Positions 1-10,328 are shown, numbered from the stretch's first letter. The stretch: 64,000 nucleotides of DNA from an uncultured Fibrobacterota bacterium (GCA_963753345.1 CAVWBU010000027.1:1-64000); one strand, 5' to 3'. Notes: generated by a model from the sequence alone, not told the origin. Translations and numbers: made by a program.

Positions 1-1189
1 GATAGGTGCCCATTGACAATCCCGATACTGGGATATTCAGGGTTCTGTTATATGCCTGATGGGTGGCTGAATAGATTCTTTTTCCGGAGATAGTAAACAA
101 TCCAACGGATATTGCGCCACTATTCAATGTTCCCGGCAATAATACAGTAATGCCGTTCTTGCTTATATTGATTTTGAATCCACTGGAATACGGCTTTAAC
201 ATTTTCTGCTGGGGGGCAGGGTTGATTACGCCTACTGTCATGTCGGAAAGCGGCCTGTACCATACGCCACTGCTGCCGGTGCCGGTATAGATGCTACCAC
301 CAGTCCCGGCAAAGATATCGCTCCCGCTCACGACAAGAGAATAGACAGTATCATACGTGAAGGGGTCTGAGTTGAACGAGGTCCAGTTTAGCCCCTTATT
401 GGCGGAGAAAAAAACACCGCCACCAAAACCCAAATAGTCGATGCCTCTCCCAGCAAAGACATTGCTGCCGCTTGCCGCAAGAGACAAGACAAGAGTACCC
501 TCAGGTAGGCCTTGGTCGATCGCTGTCCAATTTGTGCCGTTATTGGTGAAGAAAAAAACACCTCCATTAGTCCCGGCAAAGATATTACTGCCGCTCACGG
601 CAAGAGCAGTTACAAAGGGATTCGTGAGGCCGTTGTTGACCGCTGTCCAGCTTGCCCCGCTATCGGTGGAGAGAAAAACGCCATTTTCAGCCCCGGCAAA
701 GATATTTCTGCCGTTCACGGCAAAAGAATGAACAATAATCGTGGGACCATTGATCACAGTCCAGCTTGTTCCGGTATTGGAGGATAAAAATACACCGCCA
801 TCAGTCCCGGCAAAAACGATGCTGCTGCTTACGGCAATAGACCAGACGGTCGTATTTGTGAGGCCGGAATTGATCGCAGTCCAATGTGTTCCATTATTGG
901 CAGAAAGGAAAACACCGCCACCCCTCGTCCCGGCAAAGATCTTGCCGCCGTCTGCAGCAAGACATGAGACATTCGTATTCGAGAGGCCTGAATCGATCGC
1001 AGTCCATTTAGTTCCGTTGTCGGTAGAGAGAAAAACACCCGCACCAGTCCCGGCATAGACATTACCGCCGCTCAGGGCAAGAGCAGAAACAGATTTACCG
1101 GAGAGACTGGTTTGTATCCATTGACCGTAACCATGATTCACAAAGAAAAAGAACCACATTGAAAGAAGCGCCGGAGCAAACTTTTTCAT
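1..1189 (-). CDS. Secreted BNR/Asp-box beta-propeller protein with T9SS-like C-terminal tail; 3' end runs off the window
   Basis: Manual translation from ATG 1189: MKKFAPALLSMWFFFF signal, about 7 repeats of 'IFAGTxGGVFLSxNxGxxWT', tail '...GLFTISGKRIY...LSMGTY'. Missing from the ORF track because it has no stop in the window. Confidence 0.85.
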   Translation of the reverse strand, partial: MKKFAPALLSMWFFFFVNHGYGQWIQTSLSGKSVSALALSGGNVYAGTGAGVFLSTDNGTKWTAIDSGLSNTNVSCLAADGGKIFAGTRGGGVFLSANNGTHWTAINSGLTNTTVWSIAVSSSIVFAGTDGGVFLSSNTGTSWTVINGPTIIVHSFAVNGRNIFAGAENGVFLSTDSGASWTAVNNGLTNPFVTALAVSGSNIFAGTNGGVFFFTNNGTNWTAIDQGLPEGTLVLSLAASGSNVFAGRGIDYLGFGGGVFFSANKGLNWTSFNSDPFTYDTVYSLVVSGSDIFAGTGGSIYTGTGSSGVWYRPLSDMTVGVINPAPQQKMLKPYSSGFKINISKNGITVLLPGTLNSGAISVGLFTISGKRIYSATHQAYNRTLNIPVSGLSMGTY

Positions 1190-1582
1190 AGGGTATGCCT
1201 CTTCAATTGTAAATTTTCAGGAACCGATAGGTAATTGACTGACTGATATGGTTCGTTTGCCTAACCTACAGATGCACCTCCGAGGCGGATTTTACGAAGT
1301 TTTCCCTTACCATCACAATATACATTCAATCTTGCGTTTTGCAAGCTTCTTTGAAAGAAAGCGTTTTCTGGAGGAAAACCAGCCGGGACATAGCCAGGTT
1401 GAACAGCCAAAATTGGAGGTTGCGTGGTCGAAGATACCTAAACTGTTGTGTGAATGAGGAACTGAGGCAGTTGGTTAGATAAAAAAAACAAAATTTCACG
1501 GGGTTATTTGAAAAGACGTGTAGTCTCTATCATTGGTCAATTTGACCTTATCAACGTCTCATCTGTACCTTATTGAGAAATA

Positions 1583-1670
1583 TGCCCGGGGCCGGAATCG
1601 AACCGGCATGCCGCGATGAAGCAGCGAAGGATTTTAAGTCCTTTGTGTCTACCTGTTCCACCACCCGGGC
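1583..1670 (-). tRNA. tRNA-Leu (anticodon TAA)
   Basis: Reverse complement GCCCGGGTGGTGGAACAGGTAGACAC...GGACTTAAAATCC, long variable arm, GGTTCGATTCCGGCCCCGGGCA; CCA not encoded. Confidence 0.95.
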
Positions 1671-1738
1671 GCGGTAAAGAAAAAAAATACGTTTGGAATG
1701 GGATGAGGGGACGAGAAAAGCTGGGAAATACCGGGCGC

Positions 1739-3745
1739 TCAGGCCCTTCGCCGCAGTTCGTCGATGCGGTCGCGTATCTTCGCCGCCTTTTCAAATTCCA
1801 GCTTCTTCGCCGCATCACGCATCTCGTTTTCCAGTCTCCTGATGACCTGCTCGATGTCGCCGGGGGAACCGGCCTTGTCAAAATAAACCGGCGAATATGC
1901 TGCGGCTTTTTCGCGCACCAGCGCGGTTTCTTCACGCGCCGGCTCTTCTTCCGCCGGCGTGAACAACCGCTCCTGGATCTTGCGCGTGATGGTGACGGGC
2001 GTAATGCCGTGCTCCTTGTTGAACGCAAGCTGCTTTGTGCGCCTGCGGCCGCTTTCTTCCATGGTCTTCTTTATCGAGTCCGTCATGACATCCGCGTAGA
2101 GCACGATTTTTCCCTCCACGTTTCGCGCGGCGCGGCCCGCGATCTGGATCAGCGACCGCGCGGAGCGCAGGAACCCCTCACGGTCCGCGTCGAGGATGGC
2201 GACCAGCGCGACTTCCGGAAGGTCAAGTCCCTCGCGCAGGAGGTTGATGCCCACGAGGATGTCGAATTCGCCCAGCCGCAGGTCCCGGATGATGTCCGAG
2301 CGTTCGAGCGTTTCTATTTCGGAATGCAGGTACCGCACGCGGAAGTCAAGCGTGGTCAGATACTCGGTGAGGTCTTCGGCCGTCTTCTTTGTCAAAGTTG
2401 TCACCAGGCTGCGCTGGCCTTTTGCGACGGTCGTCCGGAGCTGCCCCACCAGATCGTCCACCTGGTTTTCCGCGGGCTTTATCTCGATGACCGGGTCCAC
2501 GAGCCCGGTGGGACGGATCACCTGCTCGACGACCACGCCGCCGCTCCTGCGCAGCTCGTAGTCGGCCGGTGTCGCGGAATCGTAGATGACGTTATCGACC
2601 ATTGCCTCAAACTCGGCGAAGCGCAGCGGCCGGTTGTCAAGCGCGCACGGGATGCGGAACCCATGCTCCACGAGCGTTTCCTTGCGCGCGCGGTCGCCGT
2701 TGAACATGCCCTGTATCTGCGGAATGGTCGCATGCGACTCGTCGATGACGGTGAGGAAAGGGGGCTTGAAGAAATCGATGAGCGTGTACGGCCTGCTGCC
2801 TGGTGCGCGTCCGTCAAGGATCCGCGAATAATTTTCGATGCCGGACACGAACCCGACCTCGCGGAGCATCTCGATGTCGTAGAGCGTGCGCTGCTCAAGC
2901 CGCTGCGCTTCGAGCAGCTTGCCCGCCGCGCGGAACTTCTCGAGCTGTTCCTGCAATTCCGCATGGATCTGCTGCGCCGCGGACTCGATTTCCACGCGCG
3001 ACGTGGTGAAATGCTTTGCCGGGAATATGGTGATTTCGTCAAGCGAGGAAATCACCTTGGCGGTGAGGGGGTGGATGCGGCGGATCGCTTCCACACGCTC
3101 GCCGAAGAGCTCGATGCGCAGGCCGGTCTCGTCGTAGGCCGGCTGCAGTTCGATGATGTCTCCGCGCACGCGGAAGGTGCCCCGCGAAAGCGCCATGTCG
3201 TTCCGTTCGTACTGCATGCGGTCGAGGCTGCGGAAGAAGGCGTCGCGGCCCAGGTCCGTTCCGGCGCAGACGCGCATGCTCGCGGCCGCGTACGAGTCCG
3301 GCGACCCGATGTTGTAGATGCACGAGACGCTCGCGACGATGATCACGTCCTTTCTTGACAAAAGCGAGCTCGTGGCCTTGAGCCGCAGGCGGTCGATCTC
3401 GTCGTTGATCTCCGAGGTCTTCTCGATGTAGGTGTCGGTCGACGGGATGTATGCTTCGGGCTGGTAGAAGTCGTAGAAGCTTACGAAGTATTCCACCGCG
3501 TTTTCCGGAAAATACGCCTTGAATTCCTGGAACAGCTGCGCGGCGAGCGTCTTGTTGTGCGAGATGATGAGCGTGGGCATCTGGACGCGTTCGATAACGT
3601 TCGCAATTGTAAATGTCTTGCCCGAGCCGGTGACGCCGAGCAGGGTCTGGTGCTTGGCCCCGCGGCCAAGGCCGTCAACAAGTTGCCCGATCGCCTCCGG
3701 CTGGTCGCCGGCCGGCTTGAAGTCGGATACGAGACGGAAATTCAT
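1739..3745 (-). CDS. uvrB: Excinuclease ABC subunit B
   Basis: GVTGSGKTFT Walker A, YQPEAY, DESH, C-terminal UVR motif (LEFEKAAKIRD). Confidence 0.98.
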   Translation of the reverse strand: MNFRLVSDFKPAGDQPEAIGQLVDGLGRGAKHQTLLGVTGSGKTFTIANVIERVQMPTLIISHNKTLAAQLFQEFKAYFPENAVEYFVSFYDFYQPEAYIPSTDTYIEKTSEINDEIDRLRLKATSSLLSRKDVIIVASVSCIYNIGSPDSYAAASMRVCAGTDLGRDAFFRSLDRMQYERNDMALSRGTFRVRGDIIELQPAYDETGLRIELFGERVEAIRRIHPLTAKVISSLDEITIFPAKHFTTSRVEIESAAQQIHAELQEQLEKFRAAGKLLEAQRLEQRTLYDIEMLREVGFVSGIENYSRILDGRAPGSRPYTLIDFFKPPFLTVIDESHATIPQIQGMFNGDRARKETLVEHGFRIPCALDNRPLRFAEFEAMVDNVIYDSATPADYELRRSGGVVVEQVIRPTGLVDPVIEIKPAENQVDDLVGQLRTTVAKGQRSLVTTLTKKTAEDLTEYLTTLDFRVRYLHSEIETLERSDIIRDLRLGEFDILVGINLLREGLDLPEVALVAILDADREGFLRSARSLIQIAGRAARNVEGKIVLYADVMTDSIKKTMEESGRRRTKQLAFNKEHGITPVTITRKIQERLFTPAEEEPAREETALVREKAAAYSPVYFDKAGSPGDIEQVIRRLENEMRDAAKKLEFEKAAKIRDRIDELRRRA

Positions 3746-3967
3746 ATTGGTGAAAGATACATGAAGAAATGGAGGATGACTGAAGCGGAGTGAGCGAACT
3801 CGTATTGAAAATCGGGAAAGATACAGGTGCCTGCCGCGTCATCAGGAGGTAAAGCCCTATTTTTGTTCTTCTTCCTTGTGCAGATTGAAGCGGGGCTATA
3901 TTTTATTATCGTTGCAATGCTGGGACTTTTGCGATCACTGCGGACTGGAATCAACAAGGAGGTCTCT

Positions 3968-4993
3968 GTGAAAATCAAAATGGCGGTTGTGCTGCTGTGT
4001 GCGGTGTCTCTCGGCGCCGGCCTCGTCTGCTGTTCGGGAGGGGGGAAGAAGTCGCAGCAGGTTGTCCCCAAGGTGGGCGTTTCGCTGCCCACGCAGCGCG
4101 AAGAACGCTGGGTGCGCGACAGAGTGAAAATGGAGCAGGTGTGCAGCGAAATCGGCCTGGAGCTTGTGCTCAAGGTCGCGGACAACGATGCGCAGAAACA
4201 GGATTTGCAGTGCGACACCCTGGTGGCGCAGGGCGCAAAGGTGCTCATCGTGGCTCCTCAGGACGGGAAGGCCGCGGCGGCCATTGTGGAAAAGGCGCAC
4301 AAATCAGGCATCAAGGTGATCGCCTACGACAGGATGATCATGGGCGCGGATGCAGACCTGTACGTCTCGTTTGACAATGTGAAAGTGGGCGAACTGCAGG
4401 GGCAGGCGATCACGAAGCTTGTGCCCAAGGGTGTGTACGTGGTGCTTGCCGGGTCTCCCAGCGACAACAACGCGGCGCAGTTCCGCGCGGGCGCAATGAA
4501 GTACCTGCAGCCGCTTATCGATAAGAAGGACATCACCGTGGCAGTTGATAAATGGATAAACGACTGGAACCCCGCCGAGGCGCAGAAGGTGATGGCCGAT
4601 GCGCTGGCCGCCAGGAAAAACAGGATAGACGCGGTGCTCGCGCCGAACGACGGTATCGCGGGCGCGTGCATTGCCGCACTTGAGGCGCAAAAGCTTGCCG
4701 GCAAGGTGCCGGTCACCGGGCAGGACGCGGAGCTTGCCGCGGCACAACGCATCGTGAAAGGCACGCAGGCCATGACCGTGTACAAGAACACGCGCAAGCT
4801 CGGCGCGGTCGCGGTGCAGGCGGCTCTCGCCATGGCCATGGGCCAGCCCGTTGCCATGATCAACGGCAAGGTGAATAACGGTAAGGTCGATGTCCCGGCC
4901 ATCCTTTGCGATCCGGTCGCTGTTGATAAAAGCAACCTGGATTCTGCCCTTATCACGTCGGACTATCTGAAGAAGGAAGATGTGTACAAGTAG
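3968..4993 (+). CDS. Sugar (xylose-type) ABC transporter substrate-binding lipoprotein
   Basis: EERWVRDR, IAYDRMI, SFDNVKVG, VTGQDAE motifs of the XylF family; GTG start after AAGGAGG; lipobox-like Cys. Confidence 0.85.
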   Translation: MKIKMAVVLLCAVSLGAGLVCCSGGGKKSQQVVPKVGVSLPTQREERWVRDRVKMEQVCSEIGLELVLKVADNDAQKQDLQCDTLVAQGAKVLIVAPQDGKAAAAIVEKAHKSGIKVIAYDRMIMGADADLYVSFDNVKVGELQGQAITKLVPKGVYVVLAGSPSDNNAAQFRAGAMKYLQPLIDKKDITVAVDKWINDWNPAEAQKVMADALAARKNRIDAVLAPNDGIAGACIAALEAQKLAGKVPVTGQDAELAAAQRIVKGTQAMTVYKNTRKLGAVAVQAALAMAMGQPVAMINGKVNNGKVDVPAILCDPVAVDKSNLDSALITSDYLKKEDVYK

Positions 4994-5015
4994 GAATGGT
5001 TGCCATGCAATAACG

Positions 5016-5048
5016 AAAGAGGCCCCGGATCGCCGGGGCCTCTTTTTT
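5016..5048 (+). terminator. Rho-independent terminator
   Basis: AAAGAGGCCCCGG-ATCG-CCGGGGCCTCTTTTTT hairpin plus T tract after the gene. Confidence 0.85.
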
Positions 5049-5082
5049 ATCCTTAGCAATGCGCCGCTGGAAACGGATGGAT

Positions 5083-5196
5083 TTGAAAGACCTCGCAGCA
5101 AGCTGCGGGGTCTTTCCATCCCTATGGAATAAAAACATATTCGTAGTCGCTTGCTAGCCCCAAAGAATGCTTCGGGGCTAGCGAGCTGTGGGATTC
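5083..5196. repeat. About 115-bp palindromic element, copy 1
   Basis: CCTCGCAGCAAGCTGCGGGG hairpin; similar reverse-complement copy at 41245-41361. Confidence 0.8.
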
Positions 5197-5780
5197 TACT
5201 CGAGAACCATGAAACACCGCTCCTTGTCGTCCCACACAAATTTTCCCTTGTAGGGCGCGAGAATTGCCTCGACCCCTTTTCGGATGCCTGTCCTGCCGGT
5301 CTTCCGCACAACAGCCGACCACGACGCCCATCCGGGCTGATTGAGGTTTTCCCCTCCGAAAATGGCGAACAGACCCGGTTCGGGAAGCGTGGACACCTGA
5401 CTCCTGGTTGTGAAGAAGTCGTAAAGAATAAACCAGGCGACATCGCCGACGCGAACCCTTGGCCAGCCATCCAGCACCTTGCCCTTGATGATGGCGGTGT
5501 CCTCGAGCTTGGATACGAGAAAGGAAATCGCCCCGGGCCCGGCCTTGATAAGCTCGTCAATCTGGGGGAGGTTGGGATTGTTATCCTTGTCCTGAACGCG
5601 GCCCTGGGGAGAGATATGGCCGATTGCCCGGAGGTTGACATTCAATTTTTGCGCGCCCGCAGGCACATTGACAAGAAAGATTGACAGGATTGCAAGGAGC
5701 AAAATGCCTGCGAGACGCCCCCGCACGATCGTCGCGGTTCTAGAGACATCCGCCGCTTTGGACAATGGAATGTTCCTCAT
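5196..5780 (-). CDS. Hypothetical exported protein
   Basis: 194-aa ORF with hydrophobic signal-like segment; same strand as neighbours. Confidence 0.55.
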   Translation of the reverse strand: MRNIPLSKAADVSRTATIVRGRLAGILLLAILSIFLVNVPAGAQKLNVNLRAIGHISPQGRVQDKDNNPNLPQIDELIKAGPGAISFLVSKLEDTAIIKGKVLDGWPRVRVGDVAWFILYDFFTTRSQVSTLPEPGLFAIFGGENLNQPGWASWSAVVRKTGRTGIRKGVEAILAPYKGKFVWDDKERCFMVLE

Positions 5781-5841
5781 TTGTTCCTTTCACTGTGTGC
5801 GATCACCATCACCTTGGGAAGCAGCCCCGCAAAGACTGCTG

Positions 5842-6354
5842 TTACTTTGCAACAGACAACCCAACTTCTATCTCCCACACCCCGAGTCCGACAGCGATGC
5901 CGCCGATCGTGATGAGGGAGAGCGAGAAGGGAAGAATGTCCTGCTTTTCAAGAATCGACGCCCCGGCGATCACGGCAATTACACCCGCGGCAACAGTGAA
6001 AATTCCCATTCCCTTGTGTAATCTGCCGAGATTGCGGAACATTTCCCTGGTGTTCGCTTTGAGTGTGTCACCGGCAGTAGAAGCGCCGGTTATGTTTTTT
6101 GCCACTGCGGCTGAGTCCTTGGCGGCGGTGGAAGAAGCTTTCGCAGAGGCGGAGGGCAAAAGTTTTTCTTTCGTGCGATCTTCAACGATGAGGGATGTGT
6201 CCGAGGAAGATGCAGGAGGAACTGTCGTGAGCTTGGCAGCGATTCTGCCACCTGTATCGGCGACTTGCGGCGCAGATGAAGCCGGCGCAACAAATCCGGC
6301 GAGCGCGAGAAAGACCGTGGCGAAAAACAGTGTTTCTTTCCTGCAATGCCGCAT
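5842..6354 (-). CDS. Hypothetical membrane protein
   Basis: Signal peptide, low-complexity linker, two C-terminal TM helices; start uncertain. Confidence 0.6.
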   Translation of the reverse strand: MRHCRKETLFFATVFLALAGFVAPASSAPQVADTGGRIAAKLTTVPPASSSDTSLIVEDRTKEKLLPSASAKASSTAAKDSAAVAKNITGASTAGDTLKANTREMFRNLGRLHKGMGIFTVAAGVIAVIAGASILEKQDILPFSLSLITIGGIAVGLGVWEIEVGLSVAK

Positions 6355-6430
6355 GCGAAGACGGTCTTTCCGGAGCAATCAAAATTGGGGTCGGGTGGTG
6401 TTCAGGCTATTTGCCGGCTGGCCCAACTCG

Positions 6431-6817
6431 CTAGATATCCTCTACCAGCTTCTTGAGTCCGGATTTTTCAAACTGCACCAGAATTCTGGCGGGAACGCCC
6501 CTGTCCTTACCGACTACCAGCCCGGTCTCCTTGAATTTCTTATGCTGGATCTTCTCTCCAATAACATAATGATTCTTTGGAATGTAGTCTCTTGGCTCTG
6601 AATTCTGCTTTAAAGCGTCTTCTGAAGGTATAAGGTCTTTTCCCGTATAACAGAATGTCTTACGACACTTTGTGCAGAAGTATTCAAAGGTTGATTCCTT
6701 GTCTAGTAACCTTCCATTGCCGGCAATACTTCTATCCAAATGCGCGGGAAGGATTTTCTGGCAAAAACGACAGTAGGCAGTGAGCTCATCTGCCGGCGCA
6801 AAAGAAGGGGAAGACAT
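6431..6817 (-). CDS. Small protein: Zn-ribbon (CRFC...CTKC) plus PcrA/UvrD-C-terminal Tudor-like domain
   Basis: Two CxxC pairs; GEKIQHKKF...GLVV...ILVQFEKSGLKKL; AAGGAG RBS. Confidence 0.7.
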   Translation of the reverse strand: MSSPSFAPADELTAYCRFCQKILPAHLDRSIAGNGRLLDKESTFEYFCTKCRKTFCYTGKDLIPSEDALKQNSEPRDYIPKNHYVIGEKIQHKKFKETGLVVGKDRGVPARILVQFEKSGLKKLVEDI

Positions 6818-6990
6818 AGTTGCTCCTTGGTTTTAAACGATACATCAATGGAACGTGTATACTTATTGATACAATGCGCTTAACTGGAAATTAACTGATG
6901 GCAGTGGCAGGTAGCAACACCAATGTATTTGTCTTTGTCTCCGCTCCTGTTATGTATTTTTCTTACAGTAGAAATGCAGGGGGAGGGCGC

Positions 6991-7923
6991 GTGCGTTTCG
7001 TTTTCATGGGAACAACTGAATTCGGAATCCCGGCTCTTGAGGCCCTCGTTGGCAACGGCCATGAATGTGTCGGCCTTGTAAGCACTCCTGCACGAAGGAA
7101 AGGCCGCGGTCTCTTGCTTTCCGAATCACCATTGGTCATGTATGCAAAGGAAAACCGGCTCGGTCCTATCCTTACTCCGGAATCCCTTGGCTCGGATTCC
7201 CTGGCAGAGGAGCTCAGAAAGTCAGCGGCGGACATTTTTGTCGTTGTGGCGTTCAGAATCCTTCCCCCGGCGATATTCGGCATTCCTTCACGGGGAACTT
7301 ACAACATCCATGCGTCGCTCCTGCCGAGATACCGCGGGCCGGCCCCGATTCAGCGGGCCATTGCAGCCGGCGAAAAAGAAACCGGAGTGACCATTTTCCG
7401 CATCGACGCCGGAATTGATACCGGTGTGATCGTTTTTTCAAGAAAGACCGTCATCGGCCCGGAGGAAACCGCCCCGCAGTTGAGCGGCCGCCTTTCCAGG
7501 CTGGGTGCAGAGGCGCTCGTCGAGGCATTGCCGATGATCGCATCCGGCGCTTTTGTTCCTGCGGCTCAGGACAGCTCCCTGGCATGCGGCGCGCCCAAGC
7601 TCGCAAAATCCGAGGGAAAAATTGAGTGGCAATTGCCAGCCAAGGAAATTTTCAACCGGATCCGCGCGTTCAAGCCGTTCCCCGGGTCCTACACATTTCT
7701 TGATGGCATGCGCATCAATATCGAATGGGGAGTGCCGCTGCCTGAGCGTGAAGCCGCCGGTGCGCCGGGCGTCGTTGCGGCCGTGTCAGGCAATGGGGTC
7801 GACATACAATGCGGAACGGGTGTACTGAGAGTCATCCGGGTGAAGCCGGAAGGCAAGACCGTCATGCCCGCGCGCGATTTCGCCTCAGGAAGACGCCTCG
7901 CTGCGGGAACGAGGTTCACATGA
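6991..7923 (+). CDS. fmt: Methionyl-tRNA formyltransferase
   Basis: VFMGTTEF, NIHASLLPRYRGPAPIQ, DAGIDTG. Confidence 0.96.
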   Translation: MRFVFMGTTEFGIPALEALVGNGHECVGLVSTPARRKGRGLLLSESPLVMYAKENRLGPILTPESLGSDSLAEELRKSAADIFVVVAFRILPPAIFGIPSRGTYNIHASLLPRYRGPAPIQRAIAAGEKETGVTIFRIDAGIDTGVIVFSRKTVIGPEETAPQLSGRLSRLGAEALVEALPMIASGAFVPAAQDSSLACGAPKLAKSEGKIEWQLPAKEIFNRIRAFKPFPGSYTFLDGMRINIEWGVPLPEREAAGAPGVVAAVSGNGVDIQCGTGVLRVIRVKPEGKTVMPARDFASGRRLAAGTRFT

Positions 7924-9245
7924 ATGCGCGCGCGCTGGCGCTCAAGATTCTCTCGTCATGGACCAAGCGGCCGGGCGTGCTCGACACGGCCTTAGACCGC
8001 GCCCTGTCTCAGAACCCCCTTGACCACCGCGACACGCGCTTTGTGTACGAAATCGTGCTGGGCGTTGTCCGGCGCAAGCTCACGCTCGACCATGTGCTGT
8101 CCCAGTTTGTGGAAGATACGGACGTGCTTGAAGATCCTGCGGTTGCATGCATTCTGGAAATCGGCGCGTACCAGATACTCTACATGGACAGGGTGCCCGA
8201 CCACGCCAGCGTCAACGAGGCGGTGAACCTCACACGGCTCGCCCGGCCAACCAGCCGCTTTGCCGGGCTTGTCAACGCGACGCTGCGGAATCTCATCAAG
8301 AACCGGAGGCGCATCCGGCTCCCCGATCCGCAGAAAGACCTCGTGAAGCGTCTGTCAATAGAGTTCTCACACCCTGAGTGGATGGTGAAACGCTGGCTCG
8401 GCAGGCTCGGGCTTGCCAAGACCAAACTGCTCCTCGCGTTTGACAACGAGCGGCCCGATGTGTTCCTTCGCCGGAGACTGCACGGCATTTCGCGGCAGCA
8501 GGCCGAGACCGAATTGCACGACCTGTGCGACGGCGCCTGCGGCTATCTCAACTTGTTCTACAGACTCAGGAAATCCGTGGCACCCGACACCATTCCGCTG
8601 TTCCGGGAAGGGGGATGCACGGTGCAGGCGCCTTCGTCCGGGTGGATCGTCGCTCTGCTGGACGCCTCCTCCGGCGACCGCATTCTCGATTTGTGCAGTG
8701 CTCCGGGCGGGAAGAGCGCGCTCGCCGCCGAACTCGCGGGTCCCTCGGGAAGGGTAATCGCCTGCGAGATCAGGAAGAACCGGATGATGCTTTCCGTCGA
8801 CACGTTCGGCCGCATGCGCCTGACCAATGTTCTTCCCGTAGTCTGCAATGCGGCGGCGCCGCCGTTTGCAGGGACCTTCGACACGGTGCTTCTCGATGCG
8901 CCATGCACCGGCACCGGAGTGCTGCACCGCCATCCCGAGGGCCGTTGGATAAAATCGGAACAGGATATTGAGCGCCTGGCCCGCAGCCAGAAGGTCCTTC
9001 TCGACGCTGCTTCGTCCCTGGTGGCCGCGGGCGGGGTGCTGGTGTATTCCACGTGTTCGCTGGAGCCGGAGGAAAATGAGGATACGGTTGCGGCGTTCCT
9101 CGGTGATCATTCCGGGTTCGTCCTCGACAAACCCCGTGCCGCAATTCCTGAGGCGTACGTGGATCAAGGAGGGTTTGTGAGGATCACGCCGCACGACCAC
9201 AGGCTGGATGGCATGTTCGGGGCGAGGCTGAGACGGACCGCTTGA
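7920..9245 (+). CDS. rsmB: 16S rRNA m5C967 methyltransferase (NusB domain plus SAM methyltransferase)
   Basis: DLCSAPGGK, DAPCTGTG, YSTCS; ATGA overlap with fmt. Confidence 0.93.
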   Translation: MNARALALKILSSWTKRPGVLDTALDRALSQNPLDHRDTRFVYEIVLGVVRRKLTLDHVLSQFVEDTDVLEDPAVACILEIGAYQILYMDRVPDHASVNEAVNLTRLARPTSRFAGLVNATLRNLIKNRRRIRLPDPQKDLVKRLSIEFSHPEWMVKRWLGRLGLAKTKLLLAFDNERPDVFLRRRLHGISRQQAETELHDLCDGACGYLNLFYRLRKSVAPDTIPLFREGGCTVQAPSSGWIVALLDASSGDRILDLCSAPGGKSALAAELAGPSGRVIACEIRKNRMMLSVDTFGRMRLTNVLPVVCNAAAPPFAGTFDTVLLDAPCTGTGVLHRHPEGRWIKSEQDIERLARSQKVLLDAASSLVAAGGVLVYSTCSLEPEENEDTVAAFLGDHSGFVLDKPRAAIPEAYVDQGGFVRITPHDHRLDGMFGARLRRTA

Positions 9246-9424
9246 CAGATGGTGGCCCCGAAAGGGGCGATACGCCGGAGAGGTTGGGAAGTCGGGGAAG
9301 AAAAGCTGAAGAATCCACTTGTTTTTCTTGCTGGACATTAATAAAATTGAAAGAGAGCCGCTCGCGTCGGCCGACGTCGCGTATGTTCGCGGCGTGATTC
9401 TTCCTTCAGGGAAAGGAACCTGTC

Positions 9425-9775
9425 ATGAAATACGAAATCGAGGACAAGGGATCGTTCAAGATGATTCACATCATCGGCAACATCGATACCGAGGAGAACA
9501 CGCAGAAGCTTGACGATGATATCAACGAATGCATCAGGAAGGGACACCACCATTTCGTGTTCAACCTCGAAAAGACCACGTATCTTGACAGCGCAGGAAT
9601 AAGCATCTTCATCCACTGCCTGTGCGACGTCCAGGAGAACAAAGGCTCGGTGTACATCATCGCAAAGGAAAGCCAGGTGCGCAAAGTGCTGGAGATGGTC
9701 GGCATCGACCGTCTGATGAAGACTTACCACAGCGAGCAGGAGTTCTTGACGGACCAGAAGGTTAAGGTGGCATAA
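9425..9775 (+). CDS. STAS domain anti-sigma factor antagonist
   Basis: YLDSAGI motif, 116 aa. Confidence 0.85.
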   Translation: MKYEIEDKGSFKMIHIIGNIDTEENTQKLDDDINECIRKGHHHFVFNLEKTTYLDSAGISIFIHCLCDVQENKGSVYIIAKESQVRKVLEMVGIDRLMKTYHSEQEFLTDQKVKVA

Positions 9776-9865
9776 AAGATCCGGGTGCCCCTTAACCGAA
9801 GCTGCTTTCTTGCAAGTAAACTTACCTGGGGGGTCACCCAAGAGGGTGAGCGCCCTGCCTGGACA

Positions 9866-10318
9866 TCATCTCGAACTGCCGGAGCGCGTTTCACCTTTGG
9901 GCAGCGTGTTCGCGGTTTTCTCCGCCACCTTCACCCGCGCAAGCGCCTTCCTGAGCCGCAGGTCTGCGGTCTTCTTTTCCGCAGGAGTCGAGGCGTTCTT
10001 GAGTTCGGCCTCGGCACTTTCCTTTTCTGCAATTGCCCGTGTAATGTCAATTTGATTTGCGAGTTCCGCGGTCTCAGTTATCACCGAAACCTCGTTCTTC
10101 CTCACCTCGAGGAAGCCGCCCGAAATCGCCATGCAATCGGTTTTTTTGTCACGGGTGATGCGGATTTCCCCCGGATCAAGACGCGAAAGCAGGGGAGCGT
10201 GGTTGAACAGTATACCCAATTCGCCTTCGGAACCGGGGAACACCGCAAAATCCACCTTTTCGGAAAAGACATTCTTTTCCGGGGTGACAATGTCGAGTTG
10301 ATAGGTTTTGTCGGACAT
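9866..10318 (-). CDS. atpC: ATP synthase F1 epsilon
   Basis: DIVTPE, GELGILFNHAPL, GGFLEV. Confidence 0.95.
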   Translation of the reverse strand: MSDKTYQLDIVTPEKNVFSEKVDFAVFPGSEGELGILFNHAPLLSRLDPGEIRITRDKKTDCMAISGGFLEVRKNEVSVITETAELANQIDITRAIAEKESAEAELKNASTPAEKKTADLRLRKALARVKVAEKTANTLPKGETRSGSSR

Positions 10319-10328
10319 AAATATCTAA

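Noticed and set aside
300-1100. Regular DNA repeats resembling a CRISPR array
   Set aside because: Degenerate, in-frame coding repeats of a beta-propeller; no cas genes and no identical repeats.
1616-3358. 580-aa plus-strand ORF
   Set aside because: Antisense shadow of uvrB, typical of GC-rich codon bias; no motifs.
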